DNA from: Hyalangium minutum
Lineage (GTDB): Bacteria > Myxococcota > Myxococcia > Myxococcales > Myxococcaceae
DNA: 62,000 nt
NCBI RefSeq assembly: GCF_000737315.1
Contig: NZ_JMCB01000006.1
Location: 20,001 to 82,000, forward strand
Direction of reading: 5' to 3'
Shown: piece after piece, positions 26,301 to 35,453 of the stretch
How the letters are laid out: the number at the start of each line of letters is the position of its first letter
How positions within the stretch are numbered: the stretch's first letter is position 1
Position numbers and translations under genes: made by a program
The notes under the pieces: model-generated
What the model was told of the DNA's origin: nothing
Databases searched by the model: none
The model's input: the letters and a program-made list of their open reading frames with translations, nothing else

Positions 26301-28080
26301 ACTCGACCTCGGCCTGGGTGACGCCGTAGGGCTTGCCGGACAGCGTGGTGGCGCGCACCGCCAGCGTCGCCTCGGCGCCCTTCTTCACCACCGCCTCCGA
26401 GAAGCTCCCCGCGCCGAACACCTCCACCTCCGACAGGAAGAAGGAGGCAGCCGCGTTGGCGAAAGTCCCCTGGTCATCCCGCGCACGCACGCTGAGCGAG
26501 TAGCGGTACGGCAGCCGCTCCTCTCCCGCGGCCAGCGCTGGCACGCTGATCTCGATGACGGCCTCGCCGTTCTCATCGAACTTGGTGGCGCTCTCCCACG
26601 GGTCTCCCTCCGCGCCGCGCTCGGCCACGGAGGAGTAGAGGCGCTCGGGCACGCTGAGCTTGCCCTCGGAGCTGGAGGCCGTGCCGTACGTCACCGCGCT
26701 GCCCTGGCCACCCTTGCCCGCGTCATCCACCCAGGCGGGCGCGTCCAGCAGCGAGCGGTACAGGAACACGTCGTACTTGGCGCCCTCGGGCACGCCGCCC
26801 GCGTAGCGCCGCGCCTTCACCGTGGCCTTCAGCGTCTGGCCCGGGACGATGTTCTCCTTCTCCGGCGTCAGCTCCAGATAGAAGGTGGGCTTCACGTAGT
26901 CCTGCACGCGCGCTTCGCCCTGGTGCGCCTGGTCATCCACCGAGGCGTTCACCCGCAGCACGCCCGTGCCCAGGTCCGCCGGCACGTCCAGGGTGCCCGA
27001 GAAGCTGCCGAACTCATCCACCGACACCTGCGTCTTGATGTCGCGGCCCTCGGCGGACTCGAGCTTCACCGTCACCAGCTTCTTGCGCGGGGTGAACAGG
27101 CGCGCGAGGTACGTGTCCGGCTGGCGCAGCAGGCCGCGGAACTTCACCTGGTCTCCCGGCTTGTAGATGGGCCGGTCGCTGTAGATGAAGACGTCCGGCG
27201 CCACCGCCAGCGAGGAGTAGAAGTCCGTGTCCACCAGGCCCGTGTCCTTGCCCACGGTGGCCGTGGCGAGGATGCGCGGCTCGCTCACCTCCAGCGTCAC
27301 CTCACCCTTCTCGTCCGTCTTGCCCTCGGGGCCCTTGCCGGTGGGCAGGAACACGCGCACCTGGGCGCCCGCCTTGGGCTTCTGGTCCCGGCCCGCCACG
27401 CGCACCAGCACCTGGCCATCCGTCTGCTTCAGCTGAACCGTGAGGTCCGTCACGACGAGCACCACCTGGCCCTCCACCTTGCCCTGCACGAGCTGCAGCA
27501 CGTAGGTGCCCGCGGGCAGCGGCGCCAGCATCACCCGGCGCTCCTGGAAGCCGTGGCCGCCCCACGAGGAGAAGCCCGGCACGCTGAAGTCCACGCCGCC
27601 GCCCCCCAGGTCCAGGTTCAGCCACTGGCTGCGCGCGACGGTGAAGCCGGGCGGCACGCCGACGAGCTTGTCCGGGCCCTCGGCCATCTGGTTCAGCGTG
27701 GGCGCTACGTCCTCGGGGCCGCGCGCCGGCAGCGCCGGAGAGACGGCGTCACGGAACTCCGTGCTGAACGCGTAGAGCAGATAGGTGGAGGGCACCTTCA
27801 CCGAGTTCAGGCCGCGGCTGAGCGCGCGTCCCGGGTTCTTCAGCACGGGCGGCTGCTCGTACGCCCGGCGGATGTCGCTCTGGGCCTCGATGAAGGAGTC
27901 CAGGCTGTCCGGCTTGAGCACCCGCAGCTCCACGGGGCCCTTGCTGTTGAACGCCACGTCCACCGCCACCGGCTCCTGGGTGCCGTAGGCGCGAGGCACG
28001 GTGATGTAGAGCGGCTTGGCCGCCGCCACGCTGGCCAGCGTCACCGCGGCCAGCAGCGAAATGCGCGTGGAGTACCTCAT
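23374..28080 (-). CDS. Bacterial alpha-2-macroglobulin (MG2-domain, YfaS/MagD-like) with intact thioester motif
   Basis: 1568 aa, cleavable signal peptide without lipobox. IYSDRPIYKPGDQVKF (MG2), DTAFWQP..LPSNQTLW, YPYGCLEQ (CLEQ at 24808-24819), VVEDAVPAGF, YVMRAQFAGKF..PPA. Confidence 0.93.
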   Translation of the reverse strand: MRYSTRISLLAAVTLASVAAAKPLYITVPRAYGTQEPVAVDVAFNSKGPVELRVLKPDSLDSFIEAQSDIRRAYEQPPVLKNPGRALSRGLNSVKVPSTYLLYAFSTEFRDAVSPALPARGPEDVAPTLNQMAEGPDKLVGVPPGFTVARSQWLNLDLGGGGVDFSVPGFSSWGGHGFQERRVMLAPLPAGTYVLQLVQGKVEGQVVLVVTDLTVQLKQTDGQVLVRVAGRDQKPKAGAQVRVFLPTGKGPEGKTDEKGEVTLEVSEPRILATATVGKDTGLVDTDFYSSLAVAPDVFIYSDRPIYKPGDQVKFRGLLRQPDTYLARLFTPRKKLVTVKLESAEGRDIKTQVSVDEFGSFSGTLDVPADLGTGVLRVNASVDDQAHQGEARVQDYVKPTFYLELTPEKENIVPGQTLKATVKARRYAGGVPEGAKYDVFLYRSLLDAPAWVDDAGKGGQGSAVTYGTASSSEGKLSVPERLYSSVAERGAEGDPWESATKFDENGEAVIEISVPALAAGEERLPYRYSLSVRARDDQGTFANAAASFFLSEVEVFGAGSFSEAVVKKGAEATLAVRATTLSGKPYGVTQAEVEFVLRKADGSEKSLSKHSLTTEANGIARQKVPTSEVGTVLARMTVKDKNGKAWTGEQSMLVIGGNDEPVARVANLTLASLSGTLSPGDSGQLVGLFPDGWGPGGKDRGPVWITFTGAGLYGTELLELEGRTLVHSFPVEKRYGSAVYASVAYPTSSGRWEERTVSFRIIPAERTLTVKLEPRRVEAAPLTEQVMDLRVTDHEGNGIVAQVSVGVVDKAVYAIQTEFRPKVLDFFYPPARNNVSNFYSAEFQGYGYGEALARKMAGLPDHAFASIKPPTRKAKDEERDTAFWQPNVVTDRDGRATVRFKLPSNQTLWVVTAVAADTSGRFGEGTGEFATRGGLNLYAALPQFLREGDEALASVRLSAGAASKGSQVLEVKLASAGALQANQTQEKIELGQGGEKVLPLQIKATGPGSAELSVDVTGGKDPLKDRRAVPVRPAALEEPVKVSAWGGGELSLQAASSATLTDVQLVLQPSVVDAALTNVRELLTYPYGCLEQLVSTTVPNVALYQTLKKVDMLGRLDPESQGLLAEARSRSVQGTSRILALAVKGGGFTWFGGYSTPDVAMTLIALDGLAYATEAGLVDANDTRLTEAARWLEAQENLPFEYDATRAYVLARMYGDRKADRVRALIDRATPGDLYPLALSVLAAEKAGVMKEPALQARIDSLVQASNEGFVQLASLNTATDAEAFFHYPLRRVGLTALLAHAASFGKLDVDKARRRLLELLSQPDLSTFDRSTALLHSLWLVERDAKAFKKLPPPEVKGAKGPVKFSPRGMGLVATLEPGTRSVNVASFEGVATLRATTLTPLPDVQPLSQGMSIERRYWVLRESGRQPLASGEEVAQGEEVFVELTIDARGDNKARSAYYVVEDAVPAGFVPLIEDKEFRGAPHSLNLAPEALKRRVLTPERATFFFEEPARWSDSPRSVGYVMRAQFAGKFTAPPASIEDMYVASLRARTKSDVLAVKASQKPRGDW

Positions 28081-29690
28081 GAACCAAACCCTCCCGGAAC
28101 CAGCGAATTGCCCTCTACCGTGCCGCGCAGCCCCACATACGGCAGCGTCTCGAGATCCTTGCGCGCCTCTTCAATCTCCGCGGGCGCCGAGCCCGGCACC
28201 GGCGCGTTCTTCCCGAGCTGCTGCTCGGACCAGTACCCGTCCGCCAGCAGCTGGCTGAGCAGGTGGCCCGTGTTCAAGCCAATCGTCACCGAGCCCGGCG
28301 CGCGCAGTCCCTCGACCACCGGGCCCGCCGCGTTGAGCAGGTTGGGGCTCTTGCCCTCGCACGCGCTCTGCAGGCGCTGGAGCACCTGCGGCTCGGAGGC
28401 CAGCACCTGGTGCTTGCACAGCGTGGCCTGCTCCAGCGTGTTGCCACCCGCGAACATCGTCTTCAGCGCGGGCGCGTCCTCCACCCGGCCCCAGAGGATG
28501 GCAAACTCGTGGCCCAGGTCCGCGTCGCCGCGCGGCGTCCACACCAGCGCAATCTGCCGCGTGCGCACCTGCCCGGGGTCCTGGCCCTCCCAGTACTGCT
28601 TGATCTTCGCGCCCTCCAGGGACTCGGGCAGCTTGAGCTGCAGCGCCAGCAGCACCGGCGTGTCCGAGGGCACCAGCTTCAGCAAGTCATCCGAGAGCGG
28701 CGCCGCATCCAGCCGCACCTTGTCCAACAGCGGCCCCGTAATGCCGCGAGGCACCAGCCGCTTGCCCTCGGCGCCGAACTGCAGCCGGGTACCGTTGGCG
28801 AGCCCCAGCGCGTGCGTGAGGAACACCGTCTCGCGCCCGAGCACCTCGCTGTTGAAGCCCAGCTCCAGGTCCACGTTGGCGGGGGCCTCCAGCTTCGTCA
28901 GCTCGGCGCACAGGCCGCGCAGCACCATGTTGGGCTGCCGCGCCACCACGATGCGATCCGCCGTACGCGCGGCGTACAGCGACTGCTCGGCCACCAGCCA
29001 GCGGGCGATCTTGAAGCCACCCTCGGGAACCGTGGCGGACGCGGGCGCGCCGTAGGGGCACTTGTCGGAGGTATAGCCGCCGCGGCTGGCCACCTTCTCC
29101 ATGGCCTCGTAGGCCGTGGCGGCGGTGGCATTCGGCGCGGGGACAATGAAGGCGGGGGCGTTCGAGTCACTGCCGCCCACGAACCACAGCGCGCGGAACG
29201 GCGAGTCCAGCAGCTGCCCGGCCACCACGTCGAACACGGCGCCCTTGAAGGAGGCCTTCAGGTCCTCGCCGGTGGAGCCGAAGAAGGCAGCCCAGGAGCT
29301 GGCGAAGCCCTGGCCGAGCGGCTTCTTCATCTGCTGCTGGAGCCACGCGTTCCCCACGAGCGCACTGCGCACCTTGGCGGGCTGGTACACGTCCACCCAG
29401 ACCGCGGGAGAGCCCTGCGTGGGCGGAGACAGGCGCTGGGTCGGCGGAGGCGGCGGCATGCCCTCCACGGTGGCTCCAGCGCTCTGCACGCCCGAGGTGC
29501 CCTGCTCCGTCGTATCGGAGCTGTCACTGCCCGCGCCCGAGTTCGCGCTGCGGCGTCCGAGCACGTAGGCGCCCACGCCCACGCCGCTCACCACCACGGT
29601 GACGATGGCGACGAGGATCGCCTTGGAGGCGCCACCTCCCGAGCGGGGTGGCTCGGGGGACGGGCCCGAAGGGGTTTCGGATGAGCTCAT
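28077..29690 (-). CDS. Membrane-anchored A2M-operon accessory protein (YfaA/MagB-like by position)
   Basis: Start trimmed to MSSSETP, which overlaps the upstream stop (ATGA). Single N-terminal TM helix. Its stop overlaps the A2M start. Family assignment rests mainly on synteny. Confidence 0.65.
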   Translation of the reverse strand: MSSSETPSGPSPEPPRSGGGASKAILVAIVTVVVSGVGVGAYVLGRRSANSGAGSDSSDTTEQGTSGVQSAGATVEGMPPPPPTQRLSPPTQGSPAVWVDVYQPAKVRSALVGNAWLQQQMKKPLGQGFASSWAAFFGSTGEDLKASFKGAVFDVVAGQLLDSPFRALWFVGGSDSNAPAFIVPAPNATAATAYEAMEKVASRGGYTSDKCPYGAPASATVPEGGFKIARWLVAEQSLYAARTADRIVVARQPNMVLRGLCAELTKLEAPANVDLELGFNSEVLGRETVFLTHALGLANGTRLQFGAEGKRLVPRGITGPLLDKVRLDAAPLSDDLLKLVPSDTPVLLALQLKLPESLEGAKIKQYWEGQDPGQVRTRQIALVWTPRGDADLGHEFAILWGRVEDAPALKTMFAGGNTLEQATLCKHQVLASEPQVLQRLQSACEGKSPNLLNAAGPVVEGLRAPGSVTIGLNTGHLLSQLLADGYWSEQQLGKNAPVPGSAPAEIEEARKDLETLPYVGLRGTVEGNSLVPGGFGS

Positions 29691-30283
29691 TGCATCCACT
29701 CCTTGAAGCGGAAGAAGCCGAGGAAGGCGGTGTTCTGGGGAATGGGGCGCCACTCGAGCGGCGCCTCGGTGGCGAGCCGGTGCAGCACGCCGGTCCTCAC
29801 GGCGGCGCCCTTCTCGCCCGGGTGGTAGACGACACGGGCCGGCGCGTGCGCCTTGTCCTCCGGGCGCACCACCAGCATGAGGTGGAACACGGGGCCGGAG
29901 TCATGCTCCTGGCGGAACGCCACCAGGTCCCCGGTGCGCAGCGACTCGAGCGCGGCCTCGTCCCGGCCCAGCGGCGCGAAGCTGCGCGTGAGCAGCGTCT
30001 CCGCGTCCGCGAACTCGGCGGGCCGCCCCTGTACGTCCAGCCACAGGGGACGCTCGACGCGCTCGGCGTAGAAGCGCTTGTAGGCGCTGCGGTAGGCGAA
30101 GCGCACCAGCCCGGCGCAGTCGCGCTGGTCCGGGTGCCACAGCGGATCAAACTTCTGGAACTGGGCCAGCGCCACCTGCCCCACCTCGCGGCGCAGCAGC
30201 ACGTCGCGGGCCTCGCGCGAGTCGGACGCAGGAGGCGGAGGCGTGGAGGCGGCAAGCGCCAGCGTGAGGGACAGGAAGAGCAT
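29687..30283 (-). CDS. DUF1175 / YfaT-like protein
   Basis: WHPDQRDCAGLVRFAY and GDLVAFRQ...FHLMLV: an NlpC/P60-like Cys-His arrangement characteristic of YfaT. Signal peptide present. Confidence 0.82.
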   Translation of the reverse strand: MLFLSLTLALAASTPPPPASDSREARDVLLRREVGQVALAQFQKFDPLWHPDQRDCAGLVRFAYRSAYKRFYAERVERPLWLDVQGRPAEFADAETLLTRSFAPLGRDEAALESLRTGDLVAFRQEHDSGPVFHLMLVVRPEDKAHAPARVVYHPGEKGAAVRTGVLHRLATEAPLEWRPIPQNTAFLGFFRFKEWMQ

Positions 30284-30300
30284 GGTCCAGGCTGGGAGCG

Positions 30301-31281
30301 TCAGTCCCCGCCCTCGGAGCTGCCCTCGCCCTCGCCCTCGGAGCCCTCGTAGCCCTCGCCCTCGCCTTCGTAGCCGCCCTCGTCGCCGTAGTCCCCGGAG
30401 TTGCCGGAGGACACGTTCTTGGCCACCTCATCGAGGTTCTTGGGCCACGAGGCCCCCGTGGGCTTCGGATCCTGAGAGGGCACATACACCTCCGCCTGGT
30501 TCTCGCCGGTGATGTTGATCCACGCGAGCACGCGCGTGGTGCCCGGGGTGGCCAGGGGAATGCGCACCATGCGGCGCACCTCGCCCGGGGTGCCCTCGAA
30601 GAGCGCCACGTTGAGGGTGGCCAGCGTGTGGGCCTTGTCACCGCTGGGCCAGTAGTTGGTGGCGATCAGGTAGATGCCCTGGGGCGGCGCCCGGTGGATA
30701 TAAAGGTAGGGGCCGTAGGCAGGCTGATCGAAGTCGCCGCCCTGCTCGTTGAGGAAGAAGGTGCCGCCGGTGGGGCTGGAGGTGTCCGCCCAGTAGACGT
30801 GCGCCATCTTCTTGCCGTCCATCGTCAGGCCCTCGGCCGTCTTGGTGACGCTGTCGTTGGTGGGCTCGTAGACGTGGAGGTCCGTGTAGACGCCCTCGGT
30901 GTCGCTGGTGAGGATGGTCTTGAGCGGCACGGGCGGAATCTGCGCGTACGCCGTCACCTGCGAGCGCGCCGTGCCCGCCTGGTTGGTGGCCATCACCGTG
31001 ACGATGTTCTTGCCGCTGGCGGCGGGGAACTTCCGGCTGAAGCGCCCGTTGAAGGTGCGCATCAGGTACCGGTCTCCGTTGATGGAGACGACCACCGGAT
31101 CAATGGTGGTGTCGCTGATCGTCCCCTCCACCAGCATCATCCGGTCCACCGTCCAGCCGCCGGTGGGGGCAGTGAGCGTGACCTTGGCCAGCTTGGTGCC
31201 CGTGCCAATGGGCACGCCCTGCTGGCGAGGGTTCTCGTGCGGCGTCTGGGTGAGGAGCAGTGCCAGGAAGACAGGCAGCAT
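30301..31281 (-). CDS. DUF2135 / YfaP-like secreted protein with acidic Gly/Glu/Tyr tail
   Basis: LTSDTEGVYTDLHVYEP, FDQPAYGPYLYIH, GIYLIATNYW; first gene of the A2M operon. Confidence 0.78.
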   Translation of the reverse strand: MLPVFLALLLTQTPHENPRQQGVPIGTGTKLAKVTLTAPTGGWTVDRMMLVEGTISDTTIDPVVVSINGDRYLMRTFNGRFSRKFPAASGKNIVTVMATNQAGTARSQVTAYAQIPPVPLKTILTSDTEGVYTDLHVYEPTNDSVTKTAEGLTMDGKKMAHVYWADTSSPTGGTFFLNEQGGDFDQPAYGPYLYIHRAPPQGIYLIATNYWPSGDKAHTLATLNVALFEGTPGEVRRMVRIPLATPGTTRVLAWINITGENQAEVYVPSQDPKPTGASWPKNLDEVAKNVSSGNSGDYGDEGGYEGEGEGYEGSEGEGEGSSEGGD

Positions 31282-31493
31282 CGGGAGCTCGTCGGGGTGG
31301 AGTGGGAGACGGCGGAGGCGTTGACGGGCGACAGCCTGCGGCAGCAGCGCGCCTCATTTCAAGCCGCCTGCCTGCCCTGACCCGGGGTGCAAAAGAGGAA
31401 GACTTGTGGCATGGGCCCCATGCGTGTGGGGGCTTCGCTTCCAGGGCCCGGCTCGTTCATGATGGGTGGGCTTTGGACGCTGCTGCTGAAATC

Positions 31494-32489
31494 GTGACCG
31501 TGGGCCCTCCAACAACTTCCGATCGCCTCAGCCTGGCGCGGAAAGTCTTCCTGTTTTTCATGGTCGAGGGCCTGCCACTGCTGGGGCTGCTCTACGGGGT
31601 GTGGCTCTTCCTCCACGAAGGCATCCGCTGGCTGGACGTGGGGCTGTTCGTGGGGATGTACGTGGCCACGATGACGGGCATCGAGCTGGGCTTCCACCGC
31701 TACTTCGCCCACCGCACCTTCGAGACGACGCGGCCCATTCGTGCGCTGCTCCTCATCCTCGGCTCGATGGCGGGCCAGGGCTCCACGCTGCTGTGGAGCG
31801 GCCTCCACCGCTGGCACCACGCGCACACGGACATTCCCGGGGACATCCACTCACCGACGCTCGGGCGGCAGGGGTGGTGGCAGCGGGTGCGCGGGTTCTT
31901 CTGGTCGCAGTTCCTCTGGTACCTGGACTCGCCCGCCGTGGTCCTCTTCGCGCGCTTCATGAACCGCCACCGCGCGGATCCGGAGATCGCCCTGTCCTCC
32001 CCGGAGGATACCCAGGAGTTCCGCATCGTCCGCACGATGCCGGACCTTGTGCGCGATGCGTGGCTCGTGCGGCTCAACCAGCGGTATGGGCTCTGGGTGC
32101 TGCTCGGGCTGGCGCTGCCCGCAGTGCTGGGCGGGCTGCTCACAGGCTCGTGGGAGGGTGCGTGGCGAGGGCTCGTGTGGGGCGGCTTTGTCCGCTTCGC
32201 GCTGGTGCAGCAGGCCTCGTTCGCCGTCAACTCGGTGACGCACACCTTGGGCACGCAGCCGCTGGCGTGCCGGGACGACAGCCGTAACAACGGGGTGATG
32301 GCGGTGCTGACGCTCGGGGCCGGGTGGCACAACAACCACCACACCTTCCCTGGCTCGGCCTTCACGGACTTCCGCTGGTATCAGGTGGACATCTCCGGCC
32401 TGATGCTCCGCGCCCTGGAGAAGCTCGGGCTGGCGTGGGATGTCCGCCGGCCCTCGCCCGAGTCCATCGCCGCGCGCAAGCGTCCCTGA
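31494..32489 (+). CDS. Membrane acyl-CoA (delta-9-type) fatty acid desaturase
   Basis: Histidine boxes GFHRYFAH, HRWHH and WHNNHH, plus NSVTH. Start set at in-frame GTG 31494 (uncertain). Confidence 0.9.
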   Translation: MTVGPPTTSDRLSLARKVFLFFMVEGLPLLGLLYGVWLFLHEGIRWLDVGLFVGMYVATMTGIELGFHRYFAHRTFETTRPIRALLLILGSMAGQGSTLLWSGLHRWHHAHTDIPGDIHSPTLGRQGWWQRVRGFFWSQFLWYLDSPAVVLFARFMNRHRADPEIALSSPEDTQEFRIVRTMPDLVRDAWLVRLNQRYGLWVLLGLALPAVLGGLLTGSWEGAWRGLVWGGFVRFALVQQASFAVNSVTHTLGTQPLACRDDSRNNGVMAVLTLGAGWHNNHHTFPGSAFTDFRWYQVDISGLMLRALEKLGLAWDVRRPSPESIAARKRP

Positions 32490-32516
32490 GACGCTGAGCA
32501 GCGGGTGGGCCCGGGC

Positions 32517-35246
32517 TCACGCGCTCGCGTACTGGAGGCCCTCTTCCTCGCTCAGCGGGAGACTGAAGCAGAAGGTGTTCCCGTCATCCGAGGTGTTCAG
32601 CCAGATACGGCCGCCGTGCGCCTCGACGATCTGCCAGCTCAAGTGCAGCCCCAGGCCCACCACGCCCGTGTAGCCCGTGGCGCCTGGGGGCAGCGGCTCG
32701 TAGAGGGGTTCGAAGACGTGGGGCTGGCGCTCGGGAGGGATGCCAGGCCCGTGGTCGCTCACGGAGACCATCGCCTGGTGCTCCGCGCACCGCAGCCGGA
32801 CCTCGATGGCCGCACCGGGAGGCGAGTACCGGATGGCGTTCTCCAGCAGGTGCGCCACCACGTCCCCCATGCGCTGGCGGTCTCCATCGACGAGGAGTGA
32901 CTCGGAGACCTCGACACGGATGGGACTCTCCGTGGTGCGGGACAGGCTCTTCACCTTCTCCTCCACCACCTCGCTCAAGTCGAACCGGTCGCGCTCCATC
33001 TTCGGCAGGCCCGGCGCCATCCACACCGCGGCGAAGAGGTGCTCCACCAGCTGCGCCAGCCGCCGCGTGTTCCGGGCAATGGCCGTGAGCCCCTTCTGCT
33101 GGCGCACGGAGTTCACCTCCATGCGGCTGAGGATGTCCGCCCATGTCTGGATGGTGGTGACGGGCGTGCGCAGCTCGTGGGCGGCCGCGGACATGAACTC
33201 CTCGCGCAGCCGCAGGGCCTCGCGGACCTCCAGGAAGAGGCGCGCCTTCTCGATGGCCATGGCGAAGAGCTGGCCCACCGTGGTGTGGAACTCCAGCTCG
33301 CGCGGGGCGAACTGGCGCGGCTCGTGGGTGAAGCACGTCAGCACGCCCACGAGGTGCCCCCGCGAGTGCAGAGGAATGGAGACGAGGCTCCGGAAGCCCT
33401 CCTCGAGCGCGAACTTCTTCGTGAGCGCTGGGGCCTCCTGGGACAGCATGTCGCCGATCACCTGGAGGGTCTCCTGCCGGGCCGCCTGGGCCGTGAGCAG
33501 CGGGGACTCCAGGGAGATCTGCTGCAGGTCCTCGCGGATCTTCTGGGCCAGCCCGTAGGAGCCAATCAAGGAGAGCTGCTGGTGATCCGGCTTGGCCAGC
33601 CACAGCCCCGCGGCATCGGCGCCCAGGGCCTGGAGGCTCTGCTCGATGGCCACGTGGGCCACGCGCTCCAGCTCCACCTCCATGACCAGGGCCTGGCTGA
33701 CGCGGGACAGCGCCAGCTCGCGCTCGAGCAGCCGCGTCCGCTCCTCCTCCACCTGCATGCGCTCGGTGATGTCGTGGACGACGATCTCCCCCAGGATGAT
33801 CTGCCCCGCGGAGTTGCGCACCGGAGCGCCGTTGATGCTGACCAGGCGCTCCTCTCCCTTCGCGGTGCGCAGACGCAGCTCCACGTCGGTGAAGGTCTCC
33901 CCCGCCAGGGCGCGCTGGAGCGGCATCTCCGCCAGCTCCACGGGGCGCCCATCGAGGTGCCGGAAGCAGTGGCGCTCGAGATACTCCTCCAGCGGCCGGC
34001 CCAGGGAAGAGCAATCCTTGAACCCCAGCAAGCGGCACCCGGCCGGGTTGGCGTCACACAGCCGGCCGTCCGGGCTGATGAGGAAGATGGCATCCGGCAC
34101 ACTGGCGATGATGGCGTCACGCTGGCTGGCGTGCCGCTCGGCCTCCTCGCGCAGGGCATCCACCTCGGCCTGGCGCCGCGCAACGCGGGAGGACATCTCA
34201 TTGAAGGCCTCGGCCAGTTCCTGGAGCTCATCGCCCGTCTGGATGGAGACCCGCTGCCCCAGCTCGCCACGGCCCACGTTGCGTGCCACCGCCCGCAGGC
34301 TCCGGACCGGGTAGGCGTAGCGGCGGGCGAGCACGGCCGAGAGCAGCGCGCTCAGGAGCAGGATGCCCAGGAAGGCGCCCAGCTTCGCACGGAGCCACCC
34401 GTAGAGCGGCGCCAGCGCCACGTCGCGAGGCGCCATCACACCCACGGCCCACCCATGGCGAGGCGTCGGAACGAAGGTGCCCAGCGAGAGGACCGTGCTC
34501 AGTGGGTTGGTGAAGCGCTCGAGCTGCACGGGCGTCCCAGCCAGCGCGCGCCGCAGGGGCTCCAGGGCGAGAAATGCACCGCTCTGCGCGTACGTCAAAT
34601 CCGGGTAGCCGGTGTGAAAGGCCAACCGGCCCGTCGCATCGACCAGGAAGATCTCCTGGCCGGACTGGAGGCGAGCGTCCAGGTAGCGGCGCGCGAGCAG
34701 GCGGGTCTGCATGATGACGTTCACGACGCCCGTCGGCCGGCCCTCGGGTCCGGGAATGGGCACGGAGATCAGGATCGCCGTGCCCTGGGGACGGCGCAGC
34801 TCGATGACTTCGGAGATGACCGGGGCCCCGGTCGCCATCACCTTCTGGAAGTAGGGGCGATCCCCAATGCGGAGCCGGGGCTCGGCAGGTGCGTCCGGTT
34901 CACCCCAGCCGCGGTTCAAGCCCGTGGCGTCGTAGACGCCGATGGCGTCATAGAGAGAGCTGCGCAGGACCAGCTGCTGCATGTGGCCGTCCAGCTGACG
35001 GGGATCCATGCCCTGCACCAGCGGATCATTGGCCACCGCCTGGGCGAACTCGATGGCGGCCTCGAAGGACTCGGTGAGCTGCACCGCGACGGCCTGCGCG
35101 GTGATGCGCTGGGTGGCCAGCAGGGTCTCCTGGGTCCGCTGCTTCCCCAGGAAGAAGTCCGCGCTCAGGAGCACCAGGACGGGCAGCAGCACAGCGCCGA
35201 AGGCGAGCAGCAGCTTGGCGTGAAAATGCAGTCGAGGCATGGCCAT
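32517..35246 (-). CDS. Sensor histidine kinase (TM-dCache-TM-HAMP-PAS-GAF-HisKA-HATPase)
   Basis: RIGDRPYFQKVM (Cache), TGDELQELAEAFNEM (HAMP), H-box AHELRTP, N-box LLENAIRYS, DHGPGI. Confidence 0.9.
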   Translation of the reverse strand: MAMPRLHFHAKLLLAFGAVLLPVLVLLSADFFLGKQRTQETLLATQRITAQAVAVQLTESFEAAIEFAQAVANDPLVQGMDPRQLDGHMQQLVLRSSLYDAIGVYDATGLNRGWGEPDAPAEPRLRIGDRPYFQKVMATGAPVISEVIELRRPQGTAILISVPIPGPEGRPTGVVNVIMQTRLLARRYLDARLQSGQEIFLVDATGRLAFHTGYPDLTYAQSGAFLALEPLRRALAGTPVQLERFTNPLSTVLSLGTFVPTPRHGWAVGVMAPRDVALAPLYGWLRAKLGAFLGILLLSALLSAVLARRYAYPVRSLRAVARNVGRGELGQRVSIQTGDELQELAEAFNEMSSRVARRQAEVDALREEAERHASQRDAIIASVPDAIFLISPDGRLCDANPAGCRLLGFKDCSSLGRPLEEYLERHCFRHLDGRPVELAEMPLQRALAGETFTDVELRLRTAKGEERLVSINGAPVRNSAGQIILGEIVVHDITERMQVEEERTRLLERELALSRVSQALVMEVELERVAHVAIEQSLQALGADAAGLWLAKPDHQQLSLIGSYGLAQKIREDLQQISLESPLLTAQAARQETLQVIGDMLSQEAPALTKKFALEEGFRSLVSIPLHSRGHLVGVLTCFTHEPRQFAPRELEFHTTVGQLFAMAIEKARLFLEVREALRLREEFMSAAAHELRTPVTTIQTWADILSRMEVNSVRQQKGLTAIARNTRRLAQLVEHLFAAVWMAPGLPKMERDRFDLSEVVEEKVKSLSRTTESPIRVEVSESLLVDGDRQRMGDVVAHLLENAIRYSPPGAAIEVRLRCAEHQAMVSVSDHGPGIPPERQPHVFEPLYEPLPPGATGYTGVVGLGLHLSWQIVEAHGGRIWLNTSDDGNTFCFSLPLSEEEGLQYASA

Positions 35247-35453
35247 CCGAGAGACGCGTTTCCCGTCTCAACAGTCATGACGCCTCCTTGCCTTCACCCC
35301 CCTCACTGTTACCGGCAGGGAACCCTGGCGAGTGAGCGTGCCCCTGCCCGGTTTGCTCCGAGGGACAGAAGCCCCCCGGAGCTCAGAGAGCGGCCAGGAC
35401 AGCGCCTGGGAGCTGCCCCGCTCTGGGCCGGTGTCGGGGCTCGCCCAAGCCGC

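Noticed and set aside
24073-29055. 667-aa and 933-aa plus-strand ORFs
   Set aside because: Antisense shadows of the A2M operon.
5812-31281. Prophage, ICE or transposon origin for the block
   Set aside because: No integrase, transposase, tRNA or terminal repeats seen; only the toxin tip and immunity gene differ in composition.
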